NCBI GenBank assembly: GCA_964559765.1
Contig: CAZLHU010000001.1
Coordinates: 75,600 to 139,599 of the forward strand
Direction: 5' to 3'
Length of the DNA: 64,000 bases
From: an uncultured Candidatus Saccharibacteria bacterium
GTDB taxonomy: Bacteria > Patescibacteriota > Minisyncoccia > UBA6257 > Colwellbacteraceae
Shown here piece after piece: positions 18,994 to 33,079 of this stretch. The notes under the pieces were generated by a model. That model was not told the DNA's origin. It saw only the letters and a program-made list of their open reading frames with translations, and searched no databases. The translations under genes and the position numbers were made by a program. Each line of letters begins with the position of its first letter. The first letter of the stretch is position 1.

Positions 18994-20574
18994 ATGAAAC
19001 GCATAGCAGCGATAATTCGAGCTATGACGAGTCGGGAACGTCTCGCGTTCTATGTGGCGCTCGCGATAATCATAATCTCTGGAGCGACCCTATCCGTCTT
19101 ATGGATCAGGTCGCATAGCTATGTGACAGGCGACGTCGGCGGCGAACTGCGGGAAGGCATCGCCAGCCAGCCAGTGATGATAAACCCGGTGACGCCGATT
19201 ACCGAGGCCGACCGAGACATCTCGCAATTGGTATATTCGAACGTGAACGACGTCGCCGACAGCGTCACCCTATCGCCGGACAACCGGACATATACCGTAC
19301 GCCTCAAACAGAATGTGTTTTGGAGCGACGGGGAGAGACTGACAGCGGACGACGTAATCTTCACGGTGCAGATGATTCAGGATCCATCCAGCGACTCTCC
19401 TCTATATAGGAGCTTTGAAGGGGTCCAAGTATCCCGAGTGAGCGCATTGGAGGTCAATTTCTCCTTGCCGGCGCCATATGCGTTCTTCCAACAGGACCAA
19501 CTCCAGAATCTGTTGATAATACCGAAACACATATTCGCCGACATACCCGTGCAAAACTGGCACCTTTCGGTCTATAGCTTGAAACCAGTGGGCTCGGGTC
19601 AATACGTGGCCAAGGACTACACCACCGCGTCAGACGGCACGATAACTTCCGTTACCCTTGCTGCAAACAACAACTATTTCGGCGCTACGCCCAACATATC
19701 GACCGTAGAATTCAAGTTTTACCAGGACCCGCAGAGCCTGGCCGCCGCCTACAACACCGGCCAAATAGACTCTTTCGGCCTCTCGACATACGACCCGGTC
19801 ATATCCGATCTGGCCGTACGTTATAAGGCCTACTACCTGAATTCATACCGCTATTACGCGATATTCATAAATCCGGCCACCGCTCCACAACAACTCCAAA
19901 ACCCCGACGTGCGTTACGCCCTGTCCCAGCTAATCGACCGGACCGCACTGGTCAACAACGTCCTTGGCGGCCACGGCCAGGCCCTGTATGGTCCGACCAC
20001 GCTTGCGCAAAATCCCGTCCAAGGCGGCAGCTCCACATCCACCATGGCACTGCTTCAAGGACTGTCTCTGCAACTCACCGTCCCCGACGACCCATTCTTG
20101 GTCAAGACAGCTGATATAATACAAGGAGAGTGGGCCGCGGCCGGAATCAATATAAGCCTCAACGTGCTGCCGACGCAGACCATCCAGGAGGACACGCTTC
20201 AGAGCTCCGACTACTCCCTACTGCTCTTTGGAAATATAACTGATTCGAGCCAGGATCTTTTCGCCTTCTGGGACTCGTCCCAGCGGTTCTACCCCGACCA
20301 GAACTTGTCGTTGTATGACAACCCCGCCGTCGACGCCAATCTAGAACAGTACCGCAGTACGTTCGATTCGACGCAGAGGGCGCAACTCTTGAACACGATA
20401 AGCAATCAGATTGCGAGCGACATGCCGGCGATATTCCTCTACTCTCCAGACTATGCATACATCGCGACGCCGACGCTAGGAGGATTCGGATCGCAGAAAG
20501 AAATATCGGTCGCCTCGGATCGTTTCTCGGACATAGCCAATTGGTATGTAAACACAAAGAGGGTCTTCAATTAA
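18994..20574 (+). CDS. Family 5 (oligopeptide-type) extracellular solute-binding protein, TM-anchored
   Basis: YTVRL...V.WSDG..LTADDV.FT, PVGSG.Y and N.S.Y.NP.VD motifs. Confidence 0.88.
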   Translation: MKRIAAIIRAMTSRERLAFYVALAIIIISGATLSVLWIRSHSYVTGDVGGELREGIASQPVMINPVTPITEADRDISQLVYSNVNDVADSVTLSPDNRTYTVRLKQNVFWSDGERLTADDVIFTVQMIQDPSSDSPLYRSFEGVQVSRVSALEVNFSLPAPYAFFQQDQLQNLLIIPKHIFADIPVQNWHLSVYSLKPVGSGQYVAKDYTTASDGTITSVTLAANNNYFGATPNISTVEFKFYQDPQSLAAAYNTGQIDSFGLSTYDPVISDLAVRYKAYYLNSYRYYAIFINPATAPQQLQNPDVRYALSQLIDRTALVNNVLGGHGQALYGPTTLAQNPVQGGSSTSTMALLQGLSLQLTVPDDPFLVKTADIIQGEWAAAGINISLNVLPTQTIQEDTLQSSDYSLLLFGNITDSSQDLFAFWDSSQRFYPDQNLSLYDNPAVDANLEQYRSTFDSTQRAQLLNTISNQIASDMPAIFLYSPDYAYIATPTLGGFGSQKEISVASDRFSDIANWYVNTKRVFN

Positions 20575-20578
20575 TAAC

Positions 20579-21493
20579 ATGGCAAAATACTCTATAAATA
20601 ACTTCGACAAACTAAAAGGGCTTAAAGCCGATAGGTTGTTCATCTGCGGAATGGGTGGTTCCGGCCTGCCTGGGGAAATATTGAGCGCTTTCAGGGATGA
20701 ATTCGGCATAAGGATACCGATAACGACCTGGAAGGATTACGGGCTGCCTCCGCACTGGACCAAGAACACGTTGTTCGTCTTCATATCCTTCTCGGGAGAA
20801 ACGGCGGAAACCATAAGCGGCCTCGAGGCGGCACTGAAAATCAAAGGCGCAAAAATAGCGGTACTGACCGGGGGCGGCAAGTTGGAAAAGATATCTGCGG
20901 CGCACAGAGTGCCGCTCGTGACATTCGACCAAGGGGGCATGATGCCCAGATTCGCGCTTAATCCGATGTTCGAAGGGCTGGTCAAGATAGTCAATTTGGC
21001 TGAAGTAACCGCAAAGAGACTCCCGGTGCCAGCGCCCAAAAAGGCCCAAAACACTGCAAATATCATCAAATTCATTGACGGGAAGGTGCCTCTCCTGTAT
21101 ACTTCCCAACAGCTTAAGTCTCTCGCTTACATCTGGAAGATCTGGCTCAACGAAACGGCCAAGACCCCTGCTTTTATCGATCAGCTTCCGGAATTAGATC
21201 ATAACGAGATCGTCGGCTTCGAAAGCCGTACGACCCCCTTCCGTGTGATATTCATACAAGACCCGAGTGAATCTGAGCTTATAAAGAAACGTATTGCCCT
21301 TACGGGAAAGTTAATCAACAAGTTAGGCGGACAAACCCTGACGATTAAATTAAACGGTAAAACCAAGTTCGAACGCTTTTGGAGAGGAGTGTATCTAGGA
21401 GAGGCCACAGCCACTAAGTTGGCAATAATGAAAAAGAGGGACCCTCGAGAGATACGCAGCATCGACACTCTGAAAGCCTGGATGAAGAAGTAG
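20579..21493 (+). CDS. Bifunctional phosphoglucose/phosphomannose isomerase (SIS type)
   Basis: GMGGSG, SFSGET.ET, NETAK and PEL.HNE motifs. Confidence 0.9.
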   Translation: MAKYSINNFDKLKGLKADRLFICGMGGSGLPGEILSAFRDEFGIRIPITTWKDYGLPPHWTKNTLFVFISFSGETAETISGLEAALKIKGAKIAVLTGGGKLEKISAAHRVPLVTFDQGGMMPRFALNPMFEGLVKIVNLAEVTAKRLPVPAPKKAQNTANIIKFIDGKVPLLYTSQQLKSLAYIWKIWLNETAKTPAFIDQLPELDHNEIVGFESRTTPFRVIFIQDPSESELIKKRIALTGKLINKLGGQTLTIKLNGKTKFERFWRGVYLGEATATKLAIMKKRDPREIRSIDTLKAWMKK

Positions 21494-21499
21494 TTCATT

Positions 21500-21582
21500 G
21501 CGGACGTGGTGAAATGGCAAACACGTAGGCTTCAGGAGCCTATGGCCGCAAGGCCTTGAGAGTTCAAGTCTCTCCGTCCGCA
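21500..21582 (+). tRNA. tRNA-Leu(CAG)
   Basis: GCGGACG/CGTCCGC acceptor stem, TAGGC-TTCAGGA-GCCTA anticodon arm, long variable arm GGCC-GCAA-GGCC, GTTCAAG T-loop; CCA not encoded. Confidence 0.95.
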
Positions 21583-21619
21583 CAAAGTTAGTAATAAACA
21601 AAAGTTAATAAAAACAAAC

Positions 21620-23398
21620 ATGACACCGCGTTCAAGACGCAATCAAAGCATGCCACGAACACAGACTGTCCGTATGTCGCCGCATGTTAAACCAGAAGGA
21701 CAGACAAACGACCAAAAGAAGGTCAAACCCACCCCCGACGACACAGTTCGCCTAATTCCATTGGGCGGCTTGGAGGAAATAGGGCGGAACATGACCATCG
21801 TCGAATATCGCGACGAGATGATAGTGATCGACATGGGGCTGCAGTTCCCAGAGGAAGAGACTCCGGGCATCGATTACATAATCCCCAACGTCAGCTATAT
21901 CGAACCGCGCAAGAATAACGTCAAAGCCGTGATTCTAACCCACGGGCACTATGACCACATCGGCGCAATCCCCTACTTGATCGGCAAAATAGGCAATCCT
22001 ACAATTTACACTGCAAAACTCACCAAGGCGATAATCGAAAAGCGCCAGGAGGAATTCATGAATGCGCCGAAGCTGCACACCATGAGCGTCGCTCATGGAG
22101 ACAAGATGAAGATCGGCAAATATTTCGAGTTGGAATTCTTCAACATCGAGCACACCATCCCCGATTCGTTGGGCGTGACAATCAAGACCCCGATCGGCAA
22201 TATAGTCCACTTCGGGGACTTCAGGCTCGACTACACCGAAGACGGCAAGCCGTTGAACTTGGACCTGATAGCAGATATCGGCAAGCAGGGGGTGCACACA
22301 TTCCTATGCGACAGCACGAATGCCACCCAACCTGGACACAGCATATCCGAGCGCACCGTCGAGAAGAACCTCGAATCGCTGTTTAAGGAAGCTGATGGCC
22401 GGATAATCGTCACCACATTCTCATCGATGCTCACCCGTATCGCTGAGATGATAAAGATAGCCGAGAAGTTGGGCCGCAAGGTCGCAATCAACGGCCGCTC
22501 GATGAAGGACAATATTCAGATCTCCCAGAATCTGGGATACTTGAAGGCCAAGAAAGGCACCTTAATCAGCACCGAAGAGGTCTCGAAATACAAAGACGAC
22601 AAGATATTGATAATCACGACGGGCGCCCAAGGCGAGTCCGGAGCGGGATTGATGAAAATAATCAGCGGCGAGCACAAGCACATCAAATTGAAGGCTGGCG
22701 ACACCATTATCTTCTCTTCGTCGGTCATCCCCGGAAACGAAAGAAGTGTCCAGGGCCTCAAAGACAATCTTGCTAGGCAGCATACCAAGGTATTCACTTC
22801 CAGCTTGATCGACATTCACGCGAGCGGTCACGCCCCCAGCGAAGACCTCTCGTTGGTGGTAAGCCTGCTGAAACCGAAATACTTCGTCCCAGTCCACGGC
22901 TACTACTATATGCGAGCCGCCAATGGCGAAAACGCAGTGCGCGGAGGCCTATCCCCGGAGAACGTCCGTCTCATGGACAATGGGCAGGTAGCTTTCCTCA
23001 CTAAGAATGATTTTGTTATCAGCGAGGAAACCGTACCGGCACATTACGTAATGGTTGATGGATTGAGCGTCGGGGACATCGGCGAAGTCGTACTGCGCGA
23101 CCGACTAGTCCTTGCCCAAGAAGGAATGTTGGTCATGATCGTAACCGTCGATCGCAAGACCGGAAGGTTGATAAAGAACCCCGATATTGTTTCCAGAGGA
23201 TTCATCTATCTGCGCGACAGCCAGAAACTGTTGGACGAGATAAGACAGAAGATAAAGGGAATAATTACCCGGATTCCGCGCAGCCAGCAAATCGATCCAG
23301 ATTATCTTAAGGCCATATTCCGAGATCAGATCGGACAATTGATCTGGTCGCAGACCTTCCGCAGGCCGATGATCCTGCCGGTAGTGATAGAGATATAA
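21620..23398 (+). CDS. rnj: Ribonuclease J
   Basis: PLGGL.EIGRNM, THGHYDHIG, HASGH, PVHG and RRPMILP motifs. Confidence 0.96.
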   Translation: MTPRSRRNQSMPRTQTVRMSPHVKPEGQTNDQKKVKPTPDDTVRLIPLGGLEEIGRNMTIVEYRDEMIVIDMGLQFPEEETPGIDYIIPNVSYIEPRKNNVKAVILTHGHYDHIGAIPYLIGKIGNPTIYTAKLTKAIIEKRQEEFMNAPKLHTMSVAHGDKMKIGKYFELEFFNIEHTIPDSLGVTIKTPIGNIVHFGDFRLDYTEDGKPLNLDLIADIGKQGVHTFLCDSTNATQPGHSISERTVEKNLESLFKEADGRIIVTTFSSMLTRIAEMIKIAEKLGRKVAINGRSMKDNIQISQNLGYLKAKKGTLISTEEVSKYKDDKILIITTGAQGESGAGLMKIISGEHKHIKLKAGDTIIFSSSVIPGNERSVQGLKDNLARQHTKVFTSSLIDIHASGHAPSEDLSLVVSLLKPKYFVPVHGYYYMRAANGENAVRGGLSPENVRLMDNGQVAFLTKNDFVISEETVPAHYVMVDGLSVGDIGEVVLRDRLVLAQEGMLVMIVTVDRKTGRLIKNPDIVSRGFIYLRDSQKLLDEIRQKIKGIITRIPRSQQIDPDYLKAIFRDQIGQLIWSQTFRRPMILPVVIEI

Positions 23399-23428
23399 CA
23401 CCTACAACCTCAGAGGTCCCTTGACTAC

Positions 23429-23464
23429 ATAAAAACTAGGCCACATAAATGGCCTAGTTTTTAT
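23429..23464. terminator. Bidirectional intrinsic terminator after rnj
   Basis: ATAAAAACTAGGCCA-cataaa-TGGCCTAGTTTTTAT, a 15-bp stem. Confidence 0.85.
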
Positions 23465-23485
23465 CTTCTCACTTTAGGATAGGGC

Positions 23486-23514
23486 TTGACTGAATGACGA
23501 TTTGATTTCACAAT
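23486..23514 (+). promoter_or_regulatory. Putative sigma70 promoter of the orphan gene
   Basis: TTGACT-17 nt-CACAAT. Confidence 0.55.
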
Positions 23515-23609
23515 CATTCCGATACCGTTAAGGTATGTGCCGAAAGGTCGAACTTTTGGGCAGATACCTTATGTCCCAAGGTATCTTAAATTCTTTAATA
23601 ATTAATTAT

Positions 23610-24089
23610 ATGCCTAACACTATGCGCAAATGCGACATCCAGTTTTTCGCGGATTTGCAGAAGCTTGGCGGCATGCCCACAGACGCGCAGAGGAGAGCGG
23701 TCAAAGATGCCGTGAAACGCATCGAGAGAGAAAAGCTCCCATTCTATTTCGGTTTTGATTTGTTCCGAAGCGACGAAAGCCTCACGGATCATCCGAGGAT
23801 ATTCTTAGCGATAAGAATATGCCTGGACGCCCTGAAGCGTTCTCGCAACAGGACTCAGGTCGTAACCGAAAGGAGCCGCGCCCCGCTCAGGCTCTACTTC
23901 TTCGGTGGCAGATCATTAAGTCCAAAGGACATTCTCGGCGCCATGGTCAGAACATTCATAGTAAAGAAGGGCTACTTCTTTACTGATGATGACCTGGTTC
24001 TGATCGAATTAATCTTTGGCCTGGACCTTGATCCCACGCCGGAAGATGTCGCATATTTCGAAGGCGAAATGAAGAAATTTTCGCGTTAG
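23610..24089 (+). CDS. Hypothetical cytoplasmic protein (start uncertain: 23535, 23571 or 23610)
   Basis: Open frame bounded by its own promoter and terminator; no motif I recognise. Confidence 0.6.
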   Translation: MPNTMRKCDIQFFADLQKLGGMPTDAQRRAVKDAVKRIEREKLPFYFGFDLFRSDESLTDHPRIFLAIRICLDALKRSRNRTQVVTERSRAPLRLYFFGGRSLSPKDILGAMVRTFIVKKGYFFTDDDLVLIELIFGLDLDPTPEDVAYFEGEMKKFSR

Positions 24090-24097
24090 TCACAGAT

Positions 24098-24126
24098 AAA
24101 AACCAACCTACAAAGGCTGGTTTTTT
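24098..24126. terminator. Intrinsic terminator after the orphan gene
   Basis: AAAAACCAACCT-acaa-AGGCTGGTTTTTT. Confidence 0.7.
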
Positions 24127-24168
24127 GTAACTCCGCCGTTTCCTGCGAAAATTTAAGAAGGTTTCTAA

Positions 24169-28754
<4,586 letters not shown>

Positions 28755-28756
28755 TG

Positions 28757-30442
28757 TTACATCTTTTCCGACACTTCGATCCCGAGCAGACCCAGACCGT
28801 TTTTCATAACCTTAGCTGCGGCATCAACCAATCCTAGACGAGCCTCACGGACACCCTTGCCCGCTTTCAGCACGGGTTCGTTCTCATAGAAGCGGTTGAC
28901 CGTCTTCGCCAGCTCGTATAGATATCCGGCGATATAATGAGGGAATCCGCCGTCCGCGGCCCTCTGTATAACCTGTGGAAAACGCGACAGCTTCAAAATC
29001 AGGGCTAGATCCTCCTTTGAAGAAAGGAAGTTGGAATCAGCCTTATTATGACTGGCTTTATTAAGGATACTACGCATACGCGCATAGGCATAGAGCAGAT
29101 ACGGAGCCGAATTTCCCTCGAAATTGAGCATCTTATCCCAGTCGAAGGATATGTCGGACATCCTGCTCTGCGAGAGATCGTTGTATTTCAGGGCCGCTAT
29201 ACCAACCAGACGGGCTATCTTGTCCTTATCCCGATCACTTAAACTGGGCTGCTTTATGTCGATGATCTTGCGGGCACGTATGAGCGACTCCTCTATAAGA
29301 TCCTCAAGCGCTATGGAGCTCCCTTCACGGGTCGATATCTTCTTACCCCCTTCTCCGGTCACCATCCCGTATTTCACATGGACTATCTCGGCTGAAGAGA
29401 GGTTCAGCAGCTGGGCAAGCGCAGACAACTGTTCGAAATGCAGGCTCTGCTCATAACCGACGACATATATTATCTTCTTGGGTTTGTATTTATTGAGACG
29501 ATAGATGAGGTTGGCTATCTCGCGGGTGATATACAGGCTCGCGCCATCCGATTTCTTCAACAACGCCGGCGGCAGATTGAACGAGTCGAGAGGAATGATC
29601 AGCGCGCCTTCACTAAGCTTAAGCATGCCCTTATTGCCAAGGTCGCGTATCAACGGTTCAAGGTCTTTTTCATAGAAACTTTCTCCGATGAGAACATCGA
29701 ACTTAACGCCCAATGTTTTATATATGGGCTGGAGATCTTTCAGCGACTCCTTGCGGAACCACGTCCACAAACGCCTATTCTCTTTATCTCCATCCTCGAG
29801 CTTCTTGAACTCTTCTCTACCGCTCTTCTCAAGTTCAGCGTCTTTTTTCGCCTCTTCGTTGAACTTTACATATAGAGTAAGGAGGGTCTCGATCGGCGCG
29901 CGCTCCACTTCTTTTTTGTCTCCCCATTTTTTATACGCAGCGATCAGCTTGCCGAACTGGGTTCCCCAATCCCCTAGATAGTTCCACCGCACGACTTTAT
30001 ATCCCAGTTCCTCATGGATGTTGGCTATGGCCGCGCCGATTATGGTGCTGCGCATGTGCCCGACATGCATTGGCTTCGCTATGTTAGGCGAGGAATATTC
30101 CACGATCACCCTCTTTCCCTTGCCGACGTCTAGCTTCCCATATTTGTCACCTTTGTGACGTATCCCCGAGAACTCCTCCTGCAGGGCGTGGTCGGTCATC
30201 CAGAAATTTATGAAGCCTGGCGCCTTTATGTCGATCTGCCTGATAAAGCCCTTCGGGGATTCATCCAATATCCGCCCTCGGATGAGCTCCGCCGCCTGTA
30301 TTGGACTGGTTTTATCGCGCTTCGCCACCGAAAAAGCGACACTGGAAGTGAAGTGGCCCAGTTCCTCGAACTCCGGCGCCCCTAGCTGAAAATCTTCTAT
30401 ACCGGAGGCTCTGGCTATGAGTTTTGCCAATTTCTCGAACAT
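28757..30442 (-). CDS. argS: Arginine--tRNA ligase
   Basis: VEYSSPN.AKPMHVGH, GDWGTQFG, ESFY and GNSAPYL.YAYAR motifs. Confidence 0.97.
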   Translation of the reverse strand: MFEKLAKLIARASGIEDFQLGAPEFEELGHFTSSVAFSVAKRDKTSPIQAAELIRGRILDESPKGFIRQIDIKAPGFINFWMTDHALQEEFSGIRHKGDKYGKLDVGKGKRVIVEYSSPNIAKPMHVGHMRSTIIGAAIANIHEELGYKVVRWNYLGDWGTQFGKLIAAYKKWGDKKEVERAPIETLLTLYVKFNEEAKKDAELEKSGREEFKKLEDGDKENRRLWTWFRKESLKDLQPIYKTLGVKFDVLIGESFYEKDLEPLIRDLGNKGMLKLSEGALIIPLDSFNLPPALLKKSDGASLYITREIANLIYRLNKYKPKKIIYVVGYEQSLHFEQLSALAQLLNLSSAEIVHVKYGMVTGEGGKKISTREGSSIALEDLIEESLIRARKIIDIKQPSLSDRDKDKIARLVGIAALKYNDLSQSRMSDISFDWDKMLNFEGNSAPYLLYAYARMRSILNKASHNKADSNFLSSKEDLALILKLSRFPQVIQRAADGGFPHYIAGYLYELAKTVNRFYENEPVLKAGKGVREARLGLVDAAAKVMKNGLGLLGIEVSEKM

Positions 30443-30518
30443 GTATATATATTCTAGGTTCTATGGGCCCAAAAACCAAAACTCGGAAATATGCGGGGCT
30501 AAGGCTATACTTAATTAA

Positions 30519-30965
30519 ATGAGCGAGTTAGCGGCAAATAGGCGGGCGTACCACGACTATTCGATATTGGAAAAGTTCGAAGCAGGCGTGGAATTGTTCG
30601 GCCACGAAGTTAAGGCCATCAAGTCCGGGCGGGTGAATATAGCCGGAGGGCATGTTGCCATACGAAAAGGAGAGGCTTGGCTTGTCGGCGCCGACATCCC
30701 CCCATACCAACCGAAGAACATCCTTATCGCCTATGAACCGCAGCGAGACCGCAAGCTTTTATTGAACAAAAAGGAGATAGACGAACTGGCTGGACGCATC
30801 AGGGAAAAAGGTTTGACTGTCGTTCCGCTCAAGCTCTATACTACGGCCGGCAAAAGAGCCACAATAAAACTTGAGATCGGGCTCGTTCGCTCGAAGAAGG
30901 AGTTCGACAAGCGCGAGTTGATTAAAAAGAGAGAAGTAGAACGCAATATTCGGCGTGAAATCTAA
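30519..30965 (+). CDS. smpB: SsrA-binding protein
   Basis: NRRA.HDY...EKFEAG..L.G.EVK, RKLLL and DKRE motifs. Confidence 0.97.
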   Translation: MSELAANRRAYHDYSILEKFEAGVELFGHEVKAIKSGRVNIAGGHVAIRKGEAWLVGADIPPYQPKNILIAYEPQRDRKLLLNKKEIDELAGRIREKGLTVVPLKLYTTAGKRATIKLEIGLVRSKKEFDKRELIKKREVERNIRREI

Positions 30966-30966
30966 T

Positions 30967-31287
30967 GGGGGCGTACCGGCCTCGACAAAGATTAGCCCGG
31001 ATGACTGCAGGTCGAGCCTGACCACCTCGTTAAACTGGTCAAAACGATAGCTGCTAATAATAGAGTAGCCACTCCGGCTTTAGCTTACGCTTAGTCGGAC
31101 ATCGGCTCTTCTGCGCTCCGCGGGAGAATGTCCGGTGTCATACACGGAGCTCGCCTAGAACTTTTCGTTTCCTCCAGAATCCTAGGCTAGACCCAGAGGG
31201 AACACTTCGTTTTGTCTTCGGACAAATAAACCTGTAGATGGTCTTTCGGAAACTCTTTGGACGGGAGTTCGAATCTCCCCGCCTCCA
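30967..31287 (+). ncRNA. ssrA: tmRNA; tag peptide (A)ANNRVATPALAYA
   Basis: GGGGGCG...CGCCTCCA acceptor stem with G3:U70, TCGAC after the D-like loop, GTTCGAAT T-loop; tag reading frame 31053-31094; directly after smpB. Confidence 0.93.
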
Positions 31288-31298
31288 CATACAGATAC

Positions 31299-31331
31299 GC
31301 AGAGGGCCGCACTAATCGTGCGGCTTTGTGC
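31299..31331 (+). terminator. Hairpin/terminator after tmRNA
   Basis: GCCGCAC-taatc-GTGCGGC followed by TTTG. Confidence 0.6.
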
Positions 31332-31488
31332 TTCCACGATGCTTGACTATCGATGTAATTTATGTTAAAAACAAATCATTCAGTTCGTTGAAATATCTAC
31401 TTGAGCCCCTCGAGACGTGGACAAAATAAAAAGGTCGATCCTTAATATTGCGCCCACTCTAACTAGGTGGGTCAACGAAATAAAGCTT

Positions 31489-31713
31489 ATGCAGCTCAAA
31501 CTATTGAGTGTCACCTCGGGCAAACGCCATGGCTGGTATGAGTATCAGGGCATGAGGGTAAGAAAACCCCTCGTCGCCACCGTCAATTCTAAAGACGGTC
31601 ACCTGTACTTAGACAGGGTCTTCATGGTTTCCGTGACAATAATCGGCTGCTTACTCACCTTGTCACTGTACTTCTACGGATTTACCGGCAGATGGCCGTG
31701 GCAAATGTTTTAG
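31489..31713 (+). CDS. Small hypothetical protein with a C-terminal TM helix (start uncertain: 31417, 31489 or 31624)
   Basis: Open frame with VFMVSVTIIGCLLTLSLYFYGF; upstream TTGACT promoter-like site and downstream terminator. Confidence 0.45.
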   Translation: MQLKLLSVTSGKRHGWYEYQGMRVRKPLVATVNSKDGHLYLDRVFMVSVTIIGCLLTLSLYFYGFTGRWPWQMF

Positions 31714-31790
31714 AGCCGACACAACATCGTCACATCGAGCTCAGAGCTTATTGCGTACCCAACCTATACACAAAATAAGGGTCTCTGAGC

Positions 31791-31818
31791 AACAACCCGC
31801 TACATAGCGGGTTGTTTT
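31791..31818. terminator. Intrinsic terminator between convergent genes
   Basis: AACAACCCGCT-acat-AGCGGGTTGTT-TT. Confidence 0.8.
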
Positions 31819-31843
31819 AGTCTCAATATTATCTTGTTGCGGG

Positions 31844-32320
31844 TTAAAGCGAACTGGGTTGCTCGATCGGACAGGACGGCGCCGGAACCGACACACTGCA
31901 ATGTGACTCAAACATGGATTCGACCCTGTCGCCTATCCCCTCATGATGGAAAAGCACGCCCAAAGTTATGAATGTGAGCAATATGCCGATGATGATCCAT
32001 ACGGCTCGATAACGATAGCCGTCCTTTGTCGATCTTACGTTTAGATAGGCAAGAGCCATGAATAAAAGCGCAAAGAATAGCCATAAGAAAGATACCCAGT
32101 TAACAAGCCCATGGGACACGCCCATGCCCGGCGGCGCATATGGATTGTTACTGTTCTCTATCAACACCTCCTCGATGCTTATCGATATAGCCCCTAATAT
32201 CAGCCATAAAAGCAGAGACAGCCAAACCGCCGCATTTTTAATAACGAAATAACGCCTTGAGATTGGCTTTATATTCTTATCGCGTATCTCCCCGATTATT
32301 TTCTTGCTTGTGTCTGACAT
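31844..32320 (-). CDS. 3-TM membrane protein, probable anti-sigma factor
   Basis: Start overlaps the ECF sigma stop; basic N-terminus followed by three TMs. Confidence 0.65.
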   Translation of the reverse strand: MSDTSKKIIGEIRDKNIKPISRRYFVIKNAAVWLSLLLWLILGAISISIEEVLIENSNNPYAPPGMGVSHGLVNWVSFLWLFFALLFMALAYLNVRSTKDGYRYRAVWIIIGILLTFITLGVLFHHEGIGDRVESMFESHCSVSVPAPSCPIEQPSSL

Positions 32321-32883
32321 TAGCTTCTCTTTTCCGAATTAATCGATTCGACCTCTTTCATCAACATCTTCTTGGCCCGGCTGATTAGGGAAGATATCGT
32401 CCCTGTGGGCTTCTTTAAGATATCAGATATCTCCGTATAATCCTTCTCCTCCATATATCTCAGGATAAGTACGTCCTTATATTTATCGTCCAAACGGTCG
32501 ATGGCCGCAAGCAACCTGGAGTGGTCCATCTTCTGGCCCAGCTCTTTATCCAAATCCTGCTCTGACGGGAACATTTCAAGCTTGTCGTCTTCCATCGCCA
32601 TCGCCGGGTGGGATTTGGTGTGCCGGAAGTGGTTTACGGCTTGGTTGTGTGCAATCCGGTATATCCAAGAGGAAAATTTAAGGCTTGAATCGAACCCGTT
32701 GAGATTGCGGTAGGCGCTTATGAAAACTTCTTGGACTATGTCTTGCGCATCCTCTAAGCTGCAGCCTATAAACCTAATTATGTATTTCTGCAGCTTGCCT
32801 TCGTATCGTTCGACAAGTTGTTCATAATACTTGTCATCTTTTGCCGATAATTCGGCCAGCTTCTCATCCGAGAGATCATTCAT
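32320..32883 (-). CDS. ECF-family RNA polymerase sigma factor (start probably ATG 32883)
   Basis: DAQDIVQEVF, FSSWIYRIAHN and Y.EIS.IL..P.GTI.S.ISRAK motifs. Confidence 0.93.
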   Translation of the reverse strand: MNDLSDEKLAELSAKDDKYYEQLVERYEGKLQKYIIRFIGCSLEDAQDIVQEVFISAYRNLNGFDSSLKFSSWIYRIAHNQAVNHFRHTKSHPAMAMEDDKLEMFPSEQDLDKELGQKMDHSRLLAAIDRLDDKYKDVLILRYMEEKDYTEISDILKKPTGTISSLISRAKKMLMKEVESINSEKRS

Positions 32884-33079
32884 GTCTATATAATAACTTA
32901 TATCTTCGTTAATAATAGCCCCGTAAAATCCCGCATTCATGAGGTACATCTATAATACGTTCTCTAAGTTATAATAATGCGGTGGGCACGTTCCCCAATC
33001 CGGGCACCATGCACCAAATCGGACGAATTCGCTGTATTATTTATTGAGCAGCGGTCCATACCGCTCTATTTTTATCGAA

